Positions 41,175 through 55,793 are shown, counted from the stretch's first letter. The stretch is DNA of 64,000 nt from Eledone cirrhosa (GCA_964016885.1 OZ024752.1:19468001-19532000); one strand, 5' to 3'. Numbers and translations: made by a program. Notes: generated from the letters alone by a model not told the origin.

Positions 41175-42252
41175 CTAATTAATGTAGATGAAGTGTATAT
41201 ATAAAGAAACTAATTAATATAGATGAAGTGTATATATAAAGAAACTAAGAATGTAGATAAAGTGTATAAAGAAAGAAACTAAGAATGTAGAGGAAGTGTA
41301 TATATAAAGAAACTAAGAATGCAGATGAAGTGTATATATAAAGAAACTAAGAATGCAGAGGAAGTGTATATATAAAGAAACTAAGAATGCAGATGAAGTG
41401 TATATATAAAGAAACTAAAAATGTAGAGGAAGTGTATAAAGAAAGAAACTAAAAATGTAGAGGAAGTGTATATATAAAGAAACTAAGAATTCAGATGAAG
41501 TGTATATATAAAGAAACTAAGAGTGTAGATAAAGTGTATAAAGAAAGAAACTAAAAATGTAGAGGAAGTGTATATATATAAAGAAACTAAAAATGTAGAG
41601 GAAGTGTATATATAAAGAAACTAAGAATGCAGATGAAGTGTATATATAAAGAAACTAATTAATGTAGATGAAGTGTATATATAAAGAAACTAAGAGTGTA
41701 GATAAAGTGTATAAAGAAAGAAACTAAAAATGTAGAGGAAGTGTATATATATAAAGAAACTAAAAATGTAGAGGAAGTGTATATATAAAGAAACTAAGAA
41801 TGTAGAGGAAGTGTATATATAAAGAAATTAAGAATGCAGATGAAGTGTATATATATAAAGAAACTAAAAATGTAGAGGAAGTGTATATATAAAGAAACTA
41901 AGAATTCAGATGAAGTGTATATATATAAAGAAACTAAGAGTGTAGATAAAGTGTATAAAGAAAGAAACTAAAAATGTAGAGGAAGTGTATATATAAAGAA
42001 ACTAAGAATGTAGAGGAAATGTATATATAAATAAACTAAGAATGTAGAGGAAGTGTATATATAAAGAAATTAAGAATTCAGATGAAGTGTATATATAAAG
42101 AAACTAAGAATGCAGATGAAGTGTATATATATAAAGAAACTAAAAATGTAGAGGAAGTGTATATATAAAGAAACTAAGAATGCAGATGAAGTGTATATAT
42201 AAAGAAACTAAGAATGTATATGAACTATCGAAAAAAGAATGTAGATGAAGTG
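41175..42252. repeat. About 31-bp AT-rich minisatellite
   Basis: AAGAAACTAAGAATGTAGAKGAAGTGTATATATA in tandem. Confidence 0.95.
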
Positions 42253-42431
42253 TCTTAAAAAAGAAAAGAAAGCAAGAATGTTAATGAAGATAATATATTA
42301 TTTACCAACTTAAATGATAAAAAAAATACGCTGAATTCTATTTCATCTGACCGTGGGAGGTGTTGTATTAGAAATACAACACCACGTTGAGGTGTGACAG
42401 TAGCTAAACAAAACTATCGTTTAAACAATTA

Positions 42432-44672
42432 CACTGGTCAACAAGTATTTTTCATCAAGCATATGTCAAGGTATACATAGTGTAGTTTTTAATGCTGATT
42501 TCAAATATACAGTTAGTTTTTTGACATCACATACAGATTTCAAGATGAGAAAGTTTTGGGTTTTGACGTGTATGCATGTATTTACATCATGGAAACATAC
42601 CTTTAAAGTAAACTACATTATTCATTGCTGCAGAGTTCAGAAGCAATATTTCATCATCTTAAATTAACCAATCAAGTTTTGTTTGATGAAATATTTCAAC
42701 ATCTCAAATTGTCCAGTTATAATTGGTCTGATGAAATATAAGTATAACCGTTTGTATCTATTTCCTTACTTGTTTTACAGTGTTAACAATGTCAAGACAG
42801 TGTAGAAATCCTCCTGATATGTTTTATGTGGACAATTTATTGTGAAAGCTCAAAAACGTACAATAACACCAGAGATCCAGAAGAATTATAAGATGTACTT
42901 TGACTGACCTCTTGGAGATCAGGACAAGTTATGGGCACCACATTTTACCTGCTCAGCTTGCTGAAATAGCTTACATGACTGGTTTAATAAGAAATCAATG
43001 ATATGGAGGGAGCCAAAAGATCATTTTAATGACTGTTATTTTTGCAAAGTAAATGTCACAGGATTTTCTATGAAGAATAAACACAAAATTGTGTATCCCA
43101 ATTTGGATTCTGCAATGAGACCTGTGCCTCACAATGGAAGTCTGCCAATTCCAGTTCCACCAAATGATGGTATTGAAACATCAGATGATGATGCTGACTG
43201 TCACGATAGTGCTGCTGAGGAAGATTATATGGCTGATGACGATAACTTTGAACCTCAGAAATGTTCCCAAGCTGAACTGAATGACCTTGTCAGAGACCTA
43301 TCCCCCTCAAAAGATAAAGCAGAACTGTTGGCATCAAGACTGAAGGAGAAGTATCTGCTAAAGCACGATGTTCGTATAACTTATTTTCGGCAGAGAAATG
43401 TGGTTCTACAAACGTGTTTTTCTGTTGAAGGCCATCTTTGCTTTTGCAGTAAAATCGATGGACGTTTGTTTATTGTGACTCTTAAAAACGAAGTTTAAAA
43501 GCGGTACACAATGGTAATTTGAAGCCCCCCCCCCCCATTCCTGTTGCACACTCCGTTCATCTTCATGAATCATATGAGAAGATGGAACTTTTACTTCATG
43601 CTATTGCCTATGAAAGATAATCATGAAAAATATGTGGAGATTTAAAAGTCCTTGGTAAGTTAATGGGAATGCAGTCAGGTTTCACAAAATACTGTTGTTT
43701 CTTGTGTTATGGGATAGTCGAGCAACTGACAGACATTATTCGGAATCAAACTGGCAGACAAGAACATCATACCATCCAGGACTGTCTAGCGTCAAGAATA
43801 CACCTCTTGTAGATCCATGTCTTATTGCCTCCTTTGCACATAAAGCTTGGACTGATGAAACAGTTTGTAAAGACACTAGGGAAGAGAAATGCCAGAGGGT
43901 TTGAGTATACTGTAGAAAAGTTTCCCAAAATCACACAGGCGAAGTTGAAAGAGAGTATCTTTGTCAGACCCCAAATTAGAGAAATACTCAAAGATGTCAA
44001 CTTCAAGACAACACTGGATGAACAGGAACTGCCTGCCTGGAATGCTTTCAATTGGATCTGTGAGAATTTCTTGGGCAACAAGAAGGCAATGGACTATAAG
44101 GATGGCATCAAGAATCTTCTGAAATGTTACTCAGCAATGGGTTGTCACATGTCACTGAAAGTTCACTTCTTGGACTTCCATCTGGATTTCTTCACAGATA
44201 ACCTTGGTGCTCCAAGGTTGTGTGATGAATATAGAGAAAGATTTCACCACGACATTAGTGCATGGAGAAACGGTACCAAGGCTTCTGGAATGACATGCTG
44301 GCTGACTACTTCTGGACACTTTACCGTGATCAACCAGATCAGGAACACCGCAGGAAATCCAAATCAATGTTTCTAACTCTGTTGTTCTAGCTTTGTCTGT
44401 TTTGTCTGACCCATTTTTTGTGTATTCACTCTTTGTAGAATGTTGATTTTTAACTCAATAAACGCATTTACTTTCTAAAAATAATATGTCCTTATTTATT
44501 ACGTTAATGATTTCATATATACAAATATGTAAATATTTGCATGTATCTACTGAAAAACTGATACGTGCTGCATACAAATGGAGTGAATTTTGAAATCACC
44601 ATGAAAAATTAGTCTAAAAAAGTTGGTTTGCATTCATAATGAGTATAATACATTTAATGTTATTGACCAGTG
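42432..44672 (+). mobile_element. Chapaev3-like (CMC superfamily) DNA transposon, decayed
   Basis: TIRs CACTGGTCAAYAA...TTATTGACCAGTG; transposase motifs WAPH..C..C, WREPKDHFNDCYFC, ICGDLKV, WDSRA, PPLHIKLGLMKQFVK, ERFHHDI. Confidence 0.8.
42789..44376 (+). pseudogene. Chapaev3-like transposase pseudogene
   Basis: Starts MSRQCRNPPD; multiple stops and frameshifts across ORFs 42998, 43695 and 43825. Confidence 0.8.
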
Positions 44673-45576
44673 TGGACATTATGGAGGGAATTACACATAA
44701 AATAAAGCTTTTCTTTACCTCCTTATAAATAGTAAAATCCAAGTTTTTAACGTTTTTTATTCAGGTTGGAAAACAAAGTTGTTCCAGCGGCCATTTTATT
44801 TTTTCTAAACAGTTACCCCAAGTAAGCATGCGCAAAAATGTAGGCAGCAATGTGCATGTGAAAAATATTTATGTGAAGTCGCAATGGCTTTATAATCGTG
44901 AGGTTGTGAGTTCGATACTCAGATCGGGATTTGCATTGTGTTCTTCAGCAAGACACTTTATTTCAAGTTGCTCTAGATCACTCAGCTGCAGAAATGAGTT
45001 GGTCTTCCATTCATTATAAATTTCTAGTTGGTTGGTTTAATAATCGGTTGTTTATTGTTAAAGCTCTTTCTGTGACTAATTTATTTTGTGTCTCTCCTTT
45101 GTTCTGTCCTATACCATCTTGTTTTTAGTGAGCTATGTGTGTATATATACTAGAATTAAACTAGTAAGACCATTGTGCAACAGAGTATTCGATACTTAGG
45201 ATAGTAAGCACAGATGTATATGGCTTTTAAGACCAGAAATTGAGGATGAGATGGAAGAAGTTTAGAGAGCCACGGTTGACTATAAATGGACGCATGTATA
45301 TGAGAAATGAAGCTGCCGTGCTTCGTTGAGTGTGAAAAAATAGAAGATAATAAAAATGTAGCTGTATATAGAGGTTTCGTTCTGTTTCTTAGAAGAAAGA
45401 AGGGGGTTTATATATTTTTCTTAGAAAAAGATGTGTCTAGTGAAGAACATTTATATGGCTGATCTACAGAGTAAGGTTCATAGAGAGATAACAGAATGTA
45501 TCTGTAGAGAGAAGCTTGAGTTATATTTCTCAGAATGTATGTATATAGTGCCGAGATGGCTTAGTTTAGAGGTAAC

Positions 45577-45689
<113 letters not shown>

Positions 45690-46544
45690 CGGTTTAGTTA
45701 TGATGTCGACTTTTTTATTTTAAAAGATAACATTAAAGGTTTATTCCTGTATAAGAGAAAATGTATGTGCATAAAGAGGTTTAGTTTCTTAGAATAAAAT
45801 GTACATTAAATACCTCTTCTCATGAACACAATATCCAAAGATGGGTGATCTACAGAATGTGTCTGTATATTTGTAGAGAGAAGTTCGAGTTATATCTCTT
45901 AGAATGTATGTATATAGAAAACAATATCCAAAATGTGAGAGTTATTGATATATCTAATGAAATGTATGTGTTATTGAGAGAAGGTTTAGTTCCTTATACG
46001 TGGCAAAGAAAACATTACATACCTCTTTACATGAACACTATCCCAAATGATTCTTTCTAAATCGAATAATTTAAAAAAAAAAAAAAATATTCCACAAAAG
46101 GGAAGTAACTCTAACTCTAAATAAAGGGAGATAACTCTAATCAAATTTAGAGCAAAAGGAAATAAGATGGATTCTTCGCGCAGTCCAGCATATAGCCAAC
46201 CTGCAAATAGCCCACATAGCTACGTGCCCTCGCAATGATTCGATCTTCAGACACACAAATGGCCACGCCATCTGTCAGTAGGCGACGAATTCCGAACCGA
46301 TACGTGCATCGCCAAGCGAAGCCGCAACTCTACTGAGTAGATTAGTCATAGGTGAATTTTTTAAAATTTTTTTTCAATATAGAAAGGAGAGAAAGGGAGA
46401 TAACACATCTCAAAATATATTCCGTTTCTCTACATAAATTAATTTAGAAACTACTGGTATTTAGTACATATATACTGAACAATTGATATGCAAGTAAATA
46501 GAGGATCCTATGAGAACTATATGCCCTTAAACTGCTCCTTTCTC

Positions 46545-46873
46545 CTTCTAAGCAGGTACTATGGTTTAGCTGGCATTGACCAGGGTTTTACTAGCCGTAG
46601 AGGATCCTACGATAAGTTTACACCCTTAAACTGCTTTAACCACCCTCTCACCTGGCATTGAACAGGGTTTAGCTGGACGTAGAGAATCCTACGAGAAGTT
46701 TAGGCTCCTAAACTACTAGGCAGGCATTGACCATGGTTTAATTGGCCGTAGGAGATCTTATCATTAGTATACGGCTTGTTCGGTATGCTCTACAGTCACC
46801 AAAGCATCCACAATTGACGAACAAGTTTGTTATCATCGAATTTCAATAGACAAGTATAAATGCACTCACTAAC

Positions 46874-46904
<31 letters not shown>

Positions 46905-47420
46905 ACATATATATATACTGTATATAAACAAGGTACAGTTCTGCCAACTAGTCTGATTTGCGTGGATGATGCCAGCATGGAAAATACTTGATATTGACTA
47001 TGGTTTAGCTGGCCATGGGGGATACTAAGGGACGTATACACCCTAAAGCTGGGCATTGACCAGGGTTTGACCGTAGGAGATGCTATGTGAAATATATGCC
47101 CTAAAACTGCTTCTTTCACCCTCTAAGCTTGTGGTGACCAGGGTTTAGCTGGCCATAAGGGATCCAATGGGACATATACACTCTAAAGCCTGGCATTGAC
47201 CAACGTTTAGCTGGCTGTAGGAGATCCTACAGGAGAAACAAAGGCAGTGACAGTGGGAGTTTGGTTCTTTTGTTTACACCCTGAAACTGTTTCTTTCACT
47301 CTCTAACCTCACATTGTCCAGGGTTTAGTTGGCCCCAGGAGAGCCTACAACCAAACCACGTTGTTACTTTCACCCTCTAACCTGCCATTGATTATGGTTA
47401 AGCTGACCATAGGAGATATT
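46545..47420. repeat. Degenerate tandem repeat of 60-80 bp
   Basis: Recurrent CTGGCATTGACCAGGGTTTAGCTGGCCRTAGGAGATCCTA. Confidence 0.8.
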
Positions 47421-48069
47421 TAAAAATATGTCACATATAACTGTATTTCTAACCGATGACTTCCATTCATTTCATTAACATATATATTTTTTTCAACAAA
47501 TAATTAAGACTATAGATTACTTACCTCCATATAGACGTCAGTCCAGCCACATTAAGGACATTTATTAGTAAGTGGAAGACAATGAATATGTTAACAAATG
47601 TGAATAATACATAAACGGTTAATTAAACTGATATTTTCTGTTAGTCTTCTATATGTTAGTGATGGGCAGGTACACTGGTTCTTAACAATAACCACATGGT
47701 GGCATGCTGAACTTGGTGAGGGGTAGGACACTTGGAGACAAGCTGGGCACTATCAAATATTTCTATGGCTCACTATCTGCCATGATGGAGACAGTAAAAC
47801 ATATAGAATAACACCCCAACAGCTGGCTACACCAGCTATGGGGAACTGATTAATGTATAGGTATGGTAATGTAAGGTGCAACAATACATCACTTCCTACA
47901 GTAATGAGGAATACCAAGTGTAAATCCTGTGTATATCTATATAAACATTGGTAAACTTAAGTGATGGTAAGTAATTCGGAGTAAACATATTTTTACTATG
48001 TGTTTTATATGTAAATTCTAAAATAACAAAGAATGACTATGGTAAAGGCACTCTACTGAAGAAACCAGC

Positions 48070-48470
48070 TACTGCTGGATGCCCTTCTTAACACCAACCA
48101 CATTTACAGTGTGGACTGTACACCTGTTGTCATGGCACTAAACCAACCACTTTACAATGTGAACTGGGCACTTTTCTCGCTTCCCCAAAATGACCCCTTC
48201 ACAGGTTGGGTTGGGTGTTTTTGTTGTGTCACTGTCATGCCCACTTTACAGAGTGTGCTGGGCACTTTTTGTCATGTCATCAACATGACCATTGGGCTGG
48301 ATGTTTTGTCGTGTCACCAGCACAACCATCCTGCAGGGAAGGGCAGGGAGAGTCTGGTGGTCTTTCCTTAAAGAGAGGACTCAGTGCCCTTTTGTCATGA
48401 AACCGACATGACCACTTTAGAGGGTGGACTGAGAGTTTTCAGTCACCCCAGCATCATTGTGGGAGAGTCT
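48070..48470 (-). mobile_element. RTE 3' UTR fragment
   Basis: GCTGGATGCCCTT...ACACCAACCACATTTACAGTGTGGACTG shared with 10107 and 51750. Confidence 0.7.
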
Positions 48471-49537
48471 GTTCAGCTTTCCATACTTGTGTACATAGGT
48501 TGGTCAAGAGAGGTGCATCAGATGTGGATGGTTGGGAGGGGTGGAGTGATTAAGACCTGAGAGGAGTATGGAATGAAGGGGGGGTGGTGCATACTAGAGA
48601 CTTTTAGATGTTCTTCATCCCATGGAAATGGGTCTTCTGTAGTACTGCTAGAGATCATGATCCTGTAGCTACTCCATAGCTTCCATCAACTTTGATCGCC
48701 CTGTTTATATACTGACATATTACAAAATGTAATTTTAGATATACAATGTAAGAAATACTAAACAACACAAGATAGTCACGGCTGGAATATCTATGAACAA
48801 AAGGTCATCTTCGTTAGTCTGACATGACAGACATCGAGAAATGAATTTCTATGAGAAAAATAATATTACAACCGCACAAAAAAGATATAAATAAAGAAAA
48901 GATTAAATAAATGTTATGAAAGACCCTAGACAAATGCCAACAAGGGTAAAAATAAATTACATGATCTAACATTTGTATTGAAGAAGTTTGTGGTAGCTGG
49001 AGTGACTGATAACGAAGCTCTATAGTTGTTGGTGGCTCGTTTTACTAAAATATTACACAATACTAATAAATGTACCTGAATATTACAGTACCTTAGCTTC
49101 ACTCTTACCTGTGACAATGTTGTGAATGTTCTGGCTTGCCATTAAAAATATTTAGAAGGAAACACCAATATTTTCTGTGTAATTGGGGGTGTATATGTCT
49201 TCTCGCGTTTTGTTTGTAATTTTTACCTTTCCTTATAATTAATTTCTATCTCTCTCTCTATATATATATTTATATATATTCATTTTGTATATCATATTGG
49301 TTAGATAAATTACTTATGGACGTTTTTCATATAATGTAGAAAATATAATATAGAAAATAAAGTTTAATTTTGTAATAATTACATGAATGCAATACTTCAG
49401 ATTTCCTGGTCTTCATCACAACACACACTAACTTTCAAAGTTAGCCACACATTCTCAATCACGTTTTCGTATTTTCACAGTGGAAATTTTATATTTAATA
49501 TGATTGATGGGGGAAATAGTTTATTAAACAAATTTCT

Positions 49538-49634
<97 letters not shown>

Positions 49635-49744
49635 GAGAGAGAGAAATGGCTTCTACAGGACTAAAACTGTTTCATTAAAAATCAGAGGGAACTTTCCTGA
49701 TTGTTTCTTTTGAATGAAACAGTTCTAGTCTGATTGAAGGCATG

Positions 49745-51028
49745 TCTAGTAACCCACTCCATTGATGACCTTCTGGGCTTGGAATCATCTGCAAAGATTC
49801 TTATGTTGATGCGCTTGATGATGTCAGTAATGTCATTAACGTAGATAATGAAAAGCAGTGGGCCCAAAACAGTGCCTTGTGGGGACGCCACTACTGACTT
49901 AGGCTGAGCTTGATTGTACTCCTTCGACTACAACATGTTGGGTTCTGTTTGTAAGGAAACACTTGATCCATTGCAACAACTTTCCAGAGACACCAATGCT
50001 GGATTGTTCTTTTTAGTAGAATGTTGTGATCAACTCTGTCAAAGGCCTTCCTGAAATCAAGGTAGATGACATCAGTGTTGGAGCCCTCACCCAAAGCTCT
50101 AAGAATGTCATCAAAGTGATGCAGTAGCTGTGATAGGCAGTCCCTTCCATTACGTAACCCATGTTGGTTAGAGTTCAGCAGTCTGTTGCTTTTCAGGAAT
50201 ATATCCAGTGTTCCTCCACAGATTAGCAAAAGGAGATGCAAGTTGGTGTTGACACACCTTCAGGACACAAGCAGGGAACCTACTGCTGAATTGTGTTTAA
50301 TTTCATTTATTGCCGCTAAGACATCAGGGGCACCAAACGTTATGTCCGATATAGTGTGTTGGGGATTAACATCACTGATACAGCCCAGATCGGCCATATC
50401 AGGATTGCTGAAAACAGAGCAGTATTGTTACTGCAGTATCTCACCAATGGTTTTGGCATTATCTTGTAGAGTGCCGGTGAATTGGCAGTATCGGTAGAGG
50501 GTCGGACGCCATGCTTTGATGCATAGAGTTACGGCCCTTGCCATGCTGAGTTCAAATCCCGCCGAGGTTAACTTTGCCTTTCATCCTTACAGGGTCGATA
50601 AAATAAAGTACCAGTAATACACTGGGCAATTGTTGGCCTTGTGCCAAAAGTAGAAACAATTATCTTGTAGAGTGCCATTTTCATCAATCAGAGGGCCAAC
50701 AGTAGAGACAGCGATCTTGTGTATTTTCGCAAATGAAAAGAACACTTTGGGATTGAGTTTGATTTTCTCAATGGCCCAGTCCTCTTCAGCTGCTCTTTGA
50801 TTGTTGATGATGGATATCATGCTGTTTTGGAGGTTGTGTTATATCGATTCTAGTGATGTAATGGCAGTCAAATGTGTGTGTTGCTGCTGGCAGTATTTCA
50901 GTTTGTTGATTTTTTTGTTAATTCTTTTAATTTTTCTGATAAGTGTTCTTCTATTTCTAGGGATTCTGCACTTAGATTTGTTTACAGACGTTAATGGGGT
51001 TTGTTTTGCACATATCTTTGTTACAGTG

Positions 51029-51030
<2 letters not shown>
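49745..51030 (-). mobile_element. CR1/L2-group LINE fragment (RT), interrupted by a SINE
   Basis: NPKVFFSF, NQHGLRNGRDCLSQLL, IYLDFRKAFDRVDH, PQGTVLGPLLFIIYVND, FADDSK. Confidence 0.88.
50476..50658 (+). mobile_element. Full-length Meta-domain SINE with target-site duplication
   Basis: Flanked by ATTATCTTGTAGAGTGCC at 50458-50475 and 50659-50676. Confidence 0.95.
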
Positions 51031-51106
<76 letters not shown>

Positions 51107-51282
51107 ACACATATATATGTGTATATATATATGCACACATATGTGTATATATATATATACACACATATATATGTGTATATATATGTGTATATATATATAT
51201 ATATACACACATATATATATATATATATATGCACACATATATATGTGTATATATATATATATATACACACATATATGTATAT

Positions 51283-51586
51283 AGAAAATGTATGACCCCG
51301 ACGGCAGAGCTCAAGCTGTTTCAACGGCTATTTCTGGACTACCCATCTGGTTCCTTACCACAACTCCTTCGTTATATATATATAACAAAGGAAATGTGGA
51401 AAGGAACCAGATGGACCATAACGCACCAGAGTACTCAATACTTAGTGTAGTAGAGTGGGAAATAGAAAAAAGTATGACCCCGACGGCAGAGCTCAAGCCG
51501 TTTCGACGGCTATTTCTGGACCCTCAAAACGGCTATTTCTGGACCGTCGAAACGGCTTGACCTCTGCCGTTGGGGTCATACTTTTT

Positions 51587-51592
<6 letters not shown>
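51283..51592. mobile_element. Rearranged palindromic PLE-type remnant (family of 9620-9790)
   Basis: Three copies of TATGACCCCGACGGCAGAGCTCAAGC in mixed orientation. Confidence 0.75.
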
Positions 51593-51623
<31 letters not shown>

Positions 51624-51624
51624 C

Positions 51625-52545
51625 ATCTGCATTGTTTAATGTCTATCTTCCACACTAGCATGGGTTAAATGGGAGTTGTCCCACTTGAGGCAAGATTGAT
51701 CGGGTGACCGTGTCTCGCTCATATAGGACTGTATCTGGCAGGTTTTCTCCGGCTGGATGCCCTTCCTAACACCAACCACATTTACAGTGTGGACTGTGAA
51801 CTTTTTACCGTGTCTCATACACGACCACTTTAAAGCGTGGACTGGGTGCTTTTTTGTCGTGACACCTACACGACCTCTTTAGTTTGGACTGGATGTTGTG
51901 GTACCAACATAACTTTACAGAGAAAGGGGTGGTGTTGGTGGGAGTGGGAGGGTGGAGTAGGGATAGTGGGTTGGTGTGTATATTCAGTTAAGAGGTGCCT
52001 ACTGACTGTAGGTTAACTTTGTATGTAGGGAAGGTTCTGTATTGCAGGGTCAGATTTTATCATGTCGTCCCAGGTTTTTCTGGGTCTACCTACTCTGTAA
52101 CTTCCATCAGTTTTGATCACCCTGCACTTTTTTATACAGCTGTTGTCTTTCGTGCGCATCACGTGACCAAACCAATGTAGTCTTCTCTCGAGTAAACAAC
52201 ATCTGATCTCTCTTATTCCTAATTTCTCACTTAGTTCATTTATGCTTTGCTGTTCACGTATATTACTATTACACATCCAACGGAGCATACATGCATCGTT
52301 CCATTCCAATCTGCGCAGATCCTCTGCACACAATGCCCAGGTCTCACTGCCATAAAACATTGCTGTTCGTATTCAGGCATCATACAATCTGCCTTTCATT
52401 TTTAGAGAGAACCCTTTAGTGGCCAACAGTGGTATAAGCTCTCTGAACTTTTTCCATCCCATTCTGACTCTAGCTACTGTACTTTCAGAGCACCCTCCAC
52501 CACTGCTGATTTTGTCACCCAGGTAACGGAAGCTGTCCACTATTT
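51625..52545 (-). mobile_element. 5'-truncated RTE LINE (family of 9971-12010)
   Basis: [35 protein letters not shown] plus 3' UTR. Confidence 0.93.
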
Positions 52546-52561
52546 CTCTCTCTCTCTCTAT

Positions 52562-52659
<98 letters not shown>

Positions 52660-52759
52660 ATATATATATATGTATATATATATGTATATATATATATATG
52701 TATATAATTATGTATATGTATATATATATATGTGTGTGTATGTGTGTGTACATATATAT

Positions 52760-53221
<462 letters not shown>

Positions 53222-53296
53222 GTATATAATTATGTATATGTATATATATATATGTGTGTGTGTATGTGTGTGTACATATATATATGTATGTATATA

Positions 53297-54603
53297 CAGG
53301 GTGTGGACGATATTTGTTCGCAATTTTCAACTGCTAATTTTATGCAAATTTTTTTTACTTCCGTTATCACTCTTGTCTTCATAAAAACAGTGACTATATT
53401 TCCATTATTTATTTTCAGAATAATTGATTATGAATAATTTTGAACCTCCAAATTTGTGGAAGAGACACAGAGTTCTTCTTGGAATCCGCACCGGGAGGAC
53501 AAATAAGGAAATTTCAGACTTTCTCAGCGTCAGCAGGAGAATGGTGGAAAAGGTCAGAAAGGAATTGGAAGATTCAGGATTCGACTACGAAGCAACATCA
53601 GAGAGGAAAACACATTATCAACGATCTGACGCCTTCAGAACGCCCGAGTTTGTCGCTGAAGTTCAGGATATCATCAACAATGAACCTAGCAAGTCGATGC
53701 ATGCCATTGCAAGGGAGAAAGGTGTGGATGAAAAGCTCATTAGGCTGGTGGTACATGAAGACATTCGCTATGTTTCATACAAGATGAGGAAAAGACAATT
53801 TCTGTCAAAGGCGATGCAAGAAACGCAACTGAAGCACACAAAGAAGCTGACCAACAAGTTGAAACACCCACTGGAGCCAGACATGCTGTGGTTTTTCTCC
53901 GATGAGAAAAACTTTTGCTAAGACCAGAAGATCAACTCCCAGAACAACAGGTGGCTTGCTGACTCATCCAAAGACATGCCCAGAGTCATGCAGACAAAGT
54001 TACCAGCGACGACATTGGTCTTAGGTGTCGTTAGCAGTCAAGGTGACGTCATGCCACCTCACTTCTTCCCTGCGGGCCTCAAGCTGAACACCGATGGCTA
54101 CATCCGCGTTCTGAGCGAGGTAGTAAAGCCCTGGATCGACCAGGTAGCTGCAGGTAGGCCATACGTGTGGCAGCAAGACTCAGCGCCCTGCCATACCAGC
54201 CAAAAGACCCAAGCTTGGCTGTCAGAGAACTTCGTCAACCACACTTCACCTGACATCTGGCCTCCCAGCTCGCCTGACTGCAACCTCCTCAACTTCTTTG
54301 TGTGGGGCGCAGTGGAACAAGAAACCAACAGATCTAGCTGCAATACGAAAGACGATCTGAAGGCCAGGATCACAAGTGCCTTTAGGGGCCTAAGTCGGGG
54401 GACAGTGATGAAGGCCTGTAGCCAGTTCCAAGGCCGCCTTGAGGCCGTCATCAAAGCCAATGGTGGGTTTATCGAGTGAGATCGAAAGAACAAGTCATGA
54501 AGACAAACTGACCCAGGTTTGATAAATATATCTTAAAAAATAAAACTACTGTGTTATTTTTTCCTAGACAGTAATCTTGCGAACAAATATCGTCCGCACC
54601 CTG
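53297..54603 (+). mobile_element. Tc1/mariner superfamily, DD37D (maT) transposon, full length (1307 bp)
   Basis: TA|CAGGGTGTGGACGATATTTGTTCGCAA TIR and TTGCGAACAAATATCGTCCGCACCCTG|TA. Confidence 0.95.
53430..54479 (+). pseudogene. maT transposase with one in-frame stop (53919-53921) and the third catalytic Asp read as Asn
   Basis: FSDEKNF, QQDSAPCH, WPPSSPDCNLLN; 37 residues between the second D and this N. Confidence 0.9.
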
Positions 54604-54745
54604 TATATATATATATATATTCATTTATTTGTGTGCGCGTGGGTGTGTTTTTTATGTGTGTGTGTATATATATATAATTATTCAAGTAAAGAAAAGTTGG
54701 TTGACCACATTATATACATATATACATGTACATATATATATCTAT

Positions 54746-55641
54746 CTAGGGCGGGTAAAATTCCTGAGATTCATGGACGAGTTCTCTCCAGTGGTCTCTG
54801 TCCCTCAGTATCGCTGCCATGTCCTTCGTCTCCAACAGACCAGTCTCTGTCCTTAGGGCATCAACATACGTTAACCTTGGTCTTCCTCTTCCAGTGTGTC
54901 TATATAGAGGCTCCCACAGGAGCACTGAGTGCAATGTCAACTCTGGATGTCGGTGAGCATGTCCAGCTAACCTCAGTCTCTTCTGTGTCACTTTTGAGCT
55001 GACTTTTGGGAGGCTCCCATACAGCTCTGAGTTTTTCATCCTCAGTGTATACTGATTAATGTTCAGAGCCATCCTCAGCATTCTCGTGTAGCACCCATCC
55101 ACCATCTGAGTGAGTTTCTTGGTCAGTGTCCAAGTCTCAGACCCATACAGCAGCACAGACTCCACTACAGCAATGAAGAGGCAGATTTTCAGGTCTTTAC
55201 GAAGGTCTGACTTCCACACCGATCTCAAGCTGTGGCACGCCGCCCAGGCTTTGCTCTTCCTCTCAACCACATCATCTTCCGTATTCCCAATCTTTGCTCC
55301 CAAATACAGGAAGTCCTCAACCAATTCTAGCGGCTTCCCGCCTACATTAGTGATCCCCTCTGACTTCTCAACATTCTCTACCAGATATTTTGTTTTAGTC
55401 TCATTCATTCTCAGCCCCACACTCATCGTATGCGCCTTGCACTGGAGAAACACCAGGACTCTGGCTTTAGTGTAGCACCAGCTCAGAGCAGGAGAGTTAA
55501 GGCGAAAAAGATAACGGATGCTGAATTTGCCGACGACATAGTTTTGCTGACAAATACAGTAAAGGAGGCAGAGGATTTGATGCAGGAGGTTGAGACTGTG
55601 TTGATGAGTGTGGGGCTGAGAATGAATGAAACTAAAACAAA
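54746..55641 (-). mobile_element. RTE-like LINE 3' fragment with an inverted 5' segment
   Basis: Minus 54750-55427 (DFLYLG, LLYGSETW, RLRLAGH, GRGRP); plus 55428-55641 carries the upstream EFADDIVLL. Confidence 0.88.
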
Positions 55642-55743
55642 CAAAAAAAAAAAAATATATATATATATAGAATACTCTGCTCTGTAAGAGCATAGAGTGC
55701 TCAACCAGCATACCGCCTATGGAAGCATCTTAGCTACCATCAG

Positions 55744-55789
<46 letters not shown>

Positions 55790-55793
<4 letters not shown>

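Noticed and set aside
47525-49141. Strong minus-strand donor sites (GAG|GTAAGT at 47525; ATG...CAG|GTAAGA near 49107)
   Set aside because: Could be first or UTR exons of a gene, but there is no homology or consistent frame to support them
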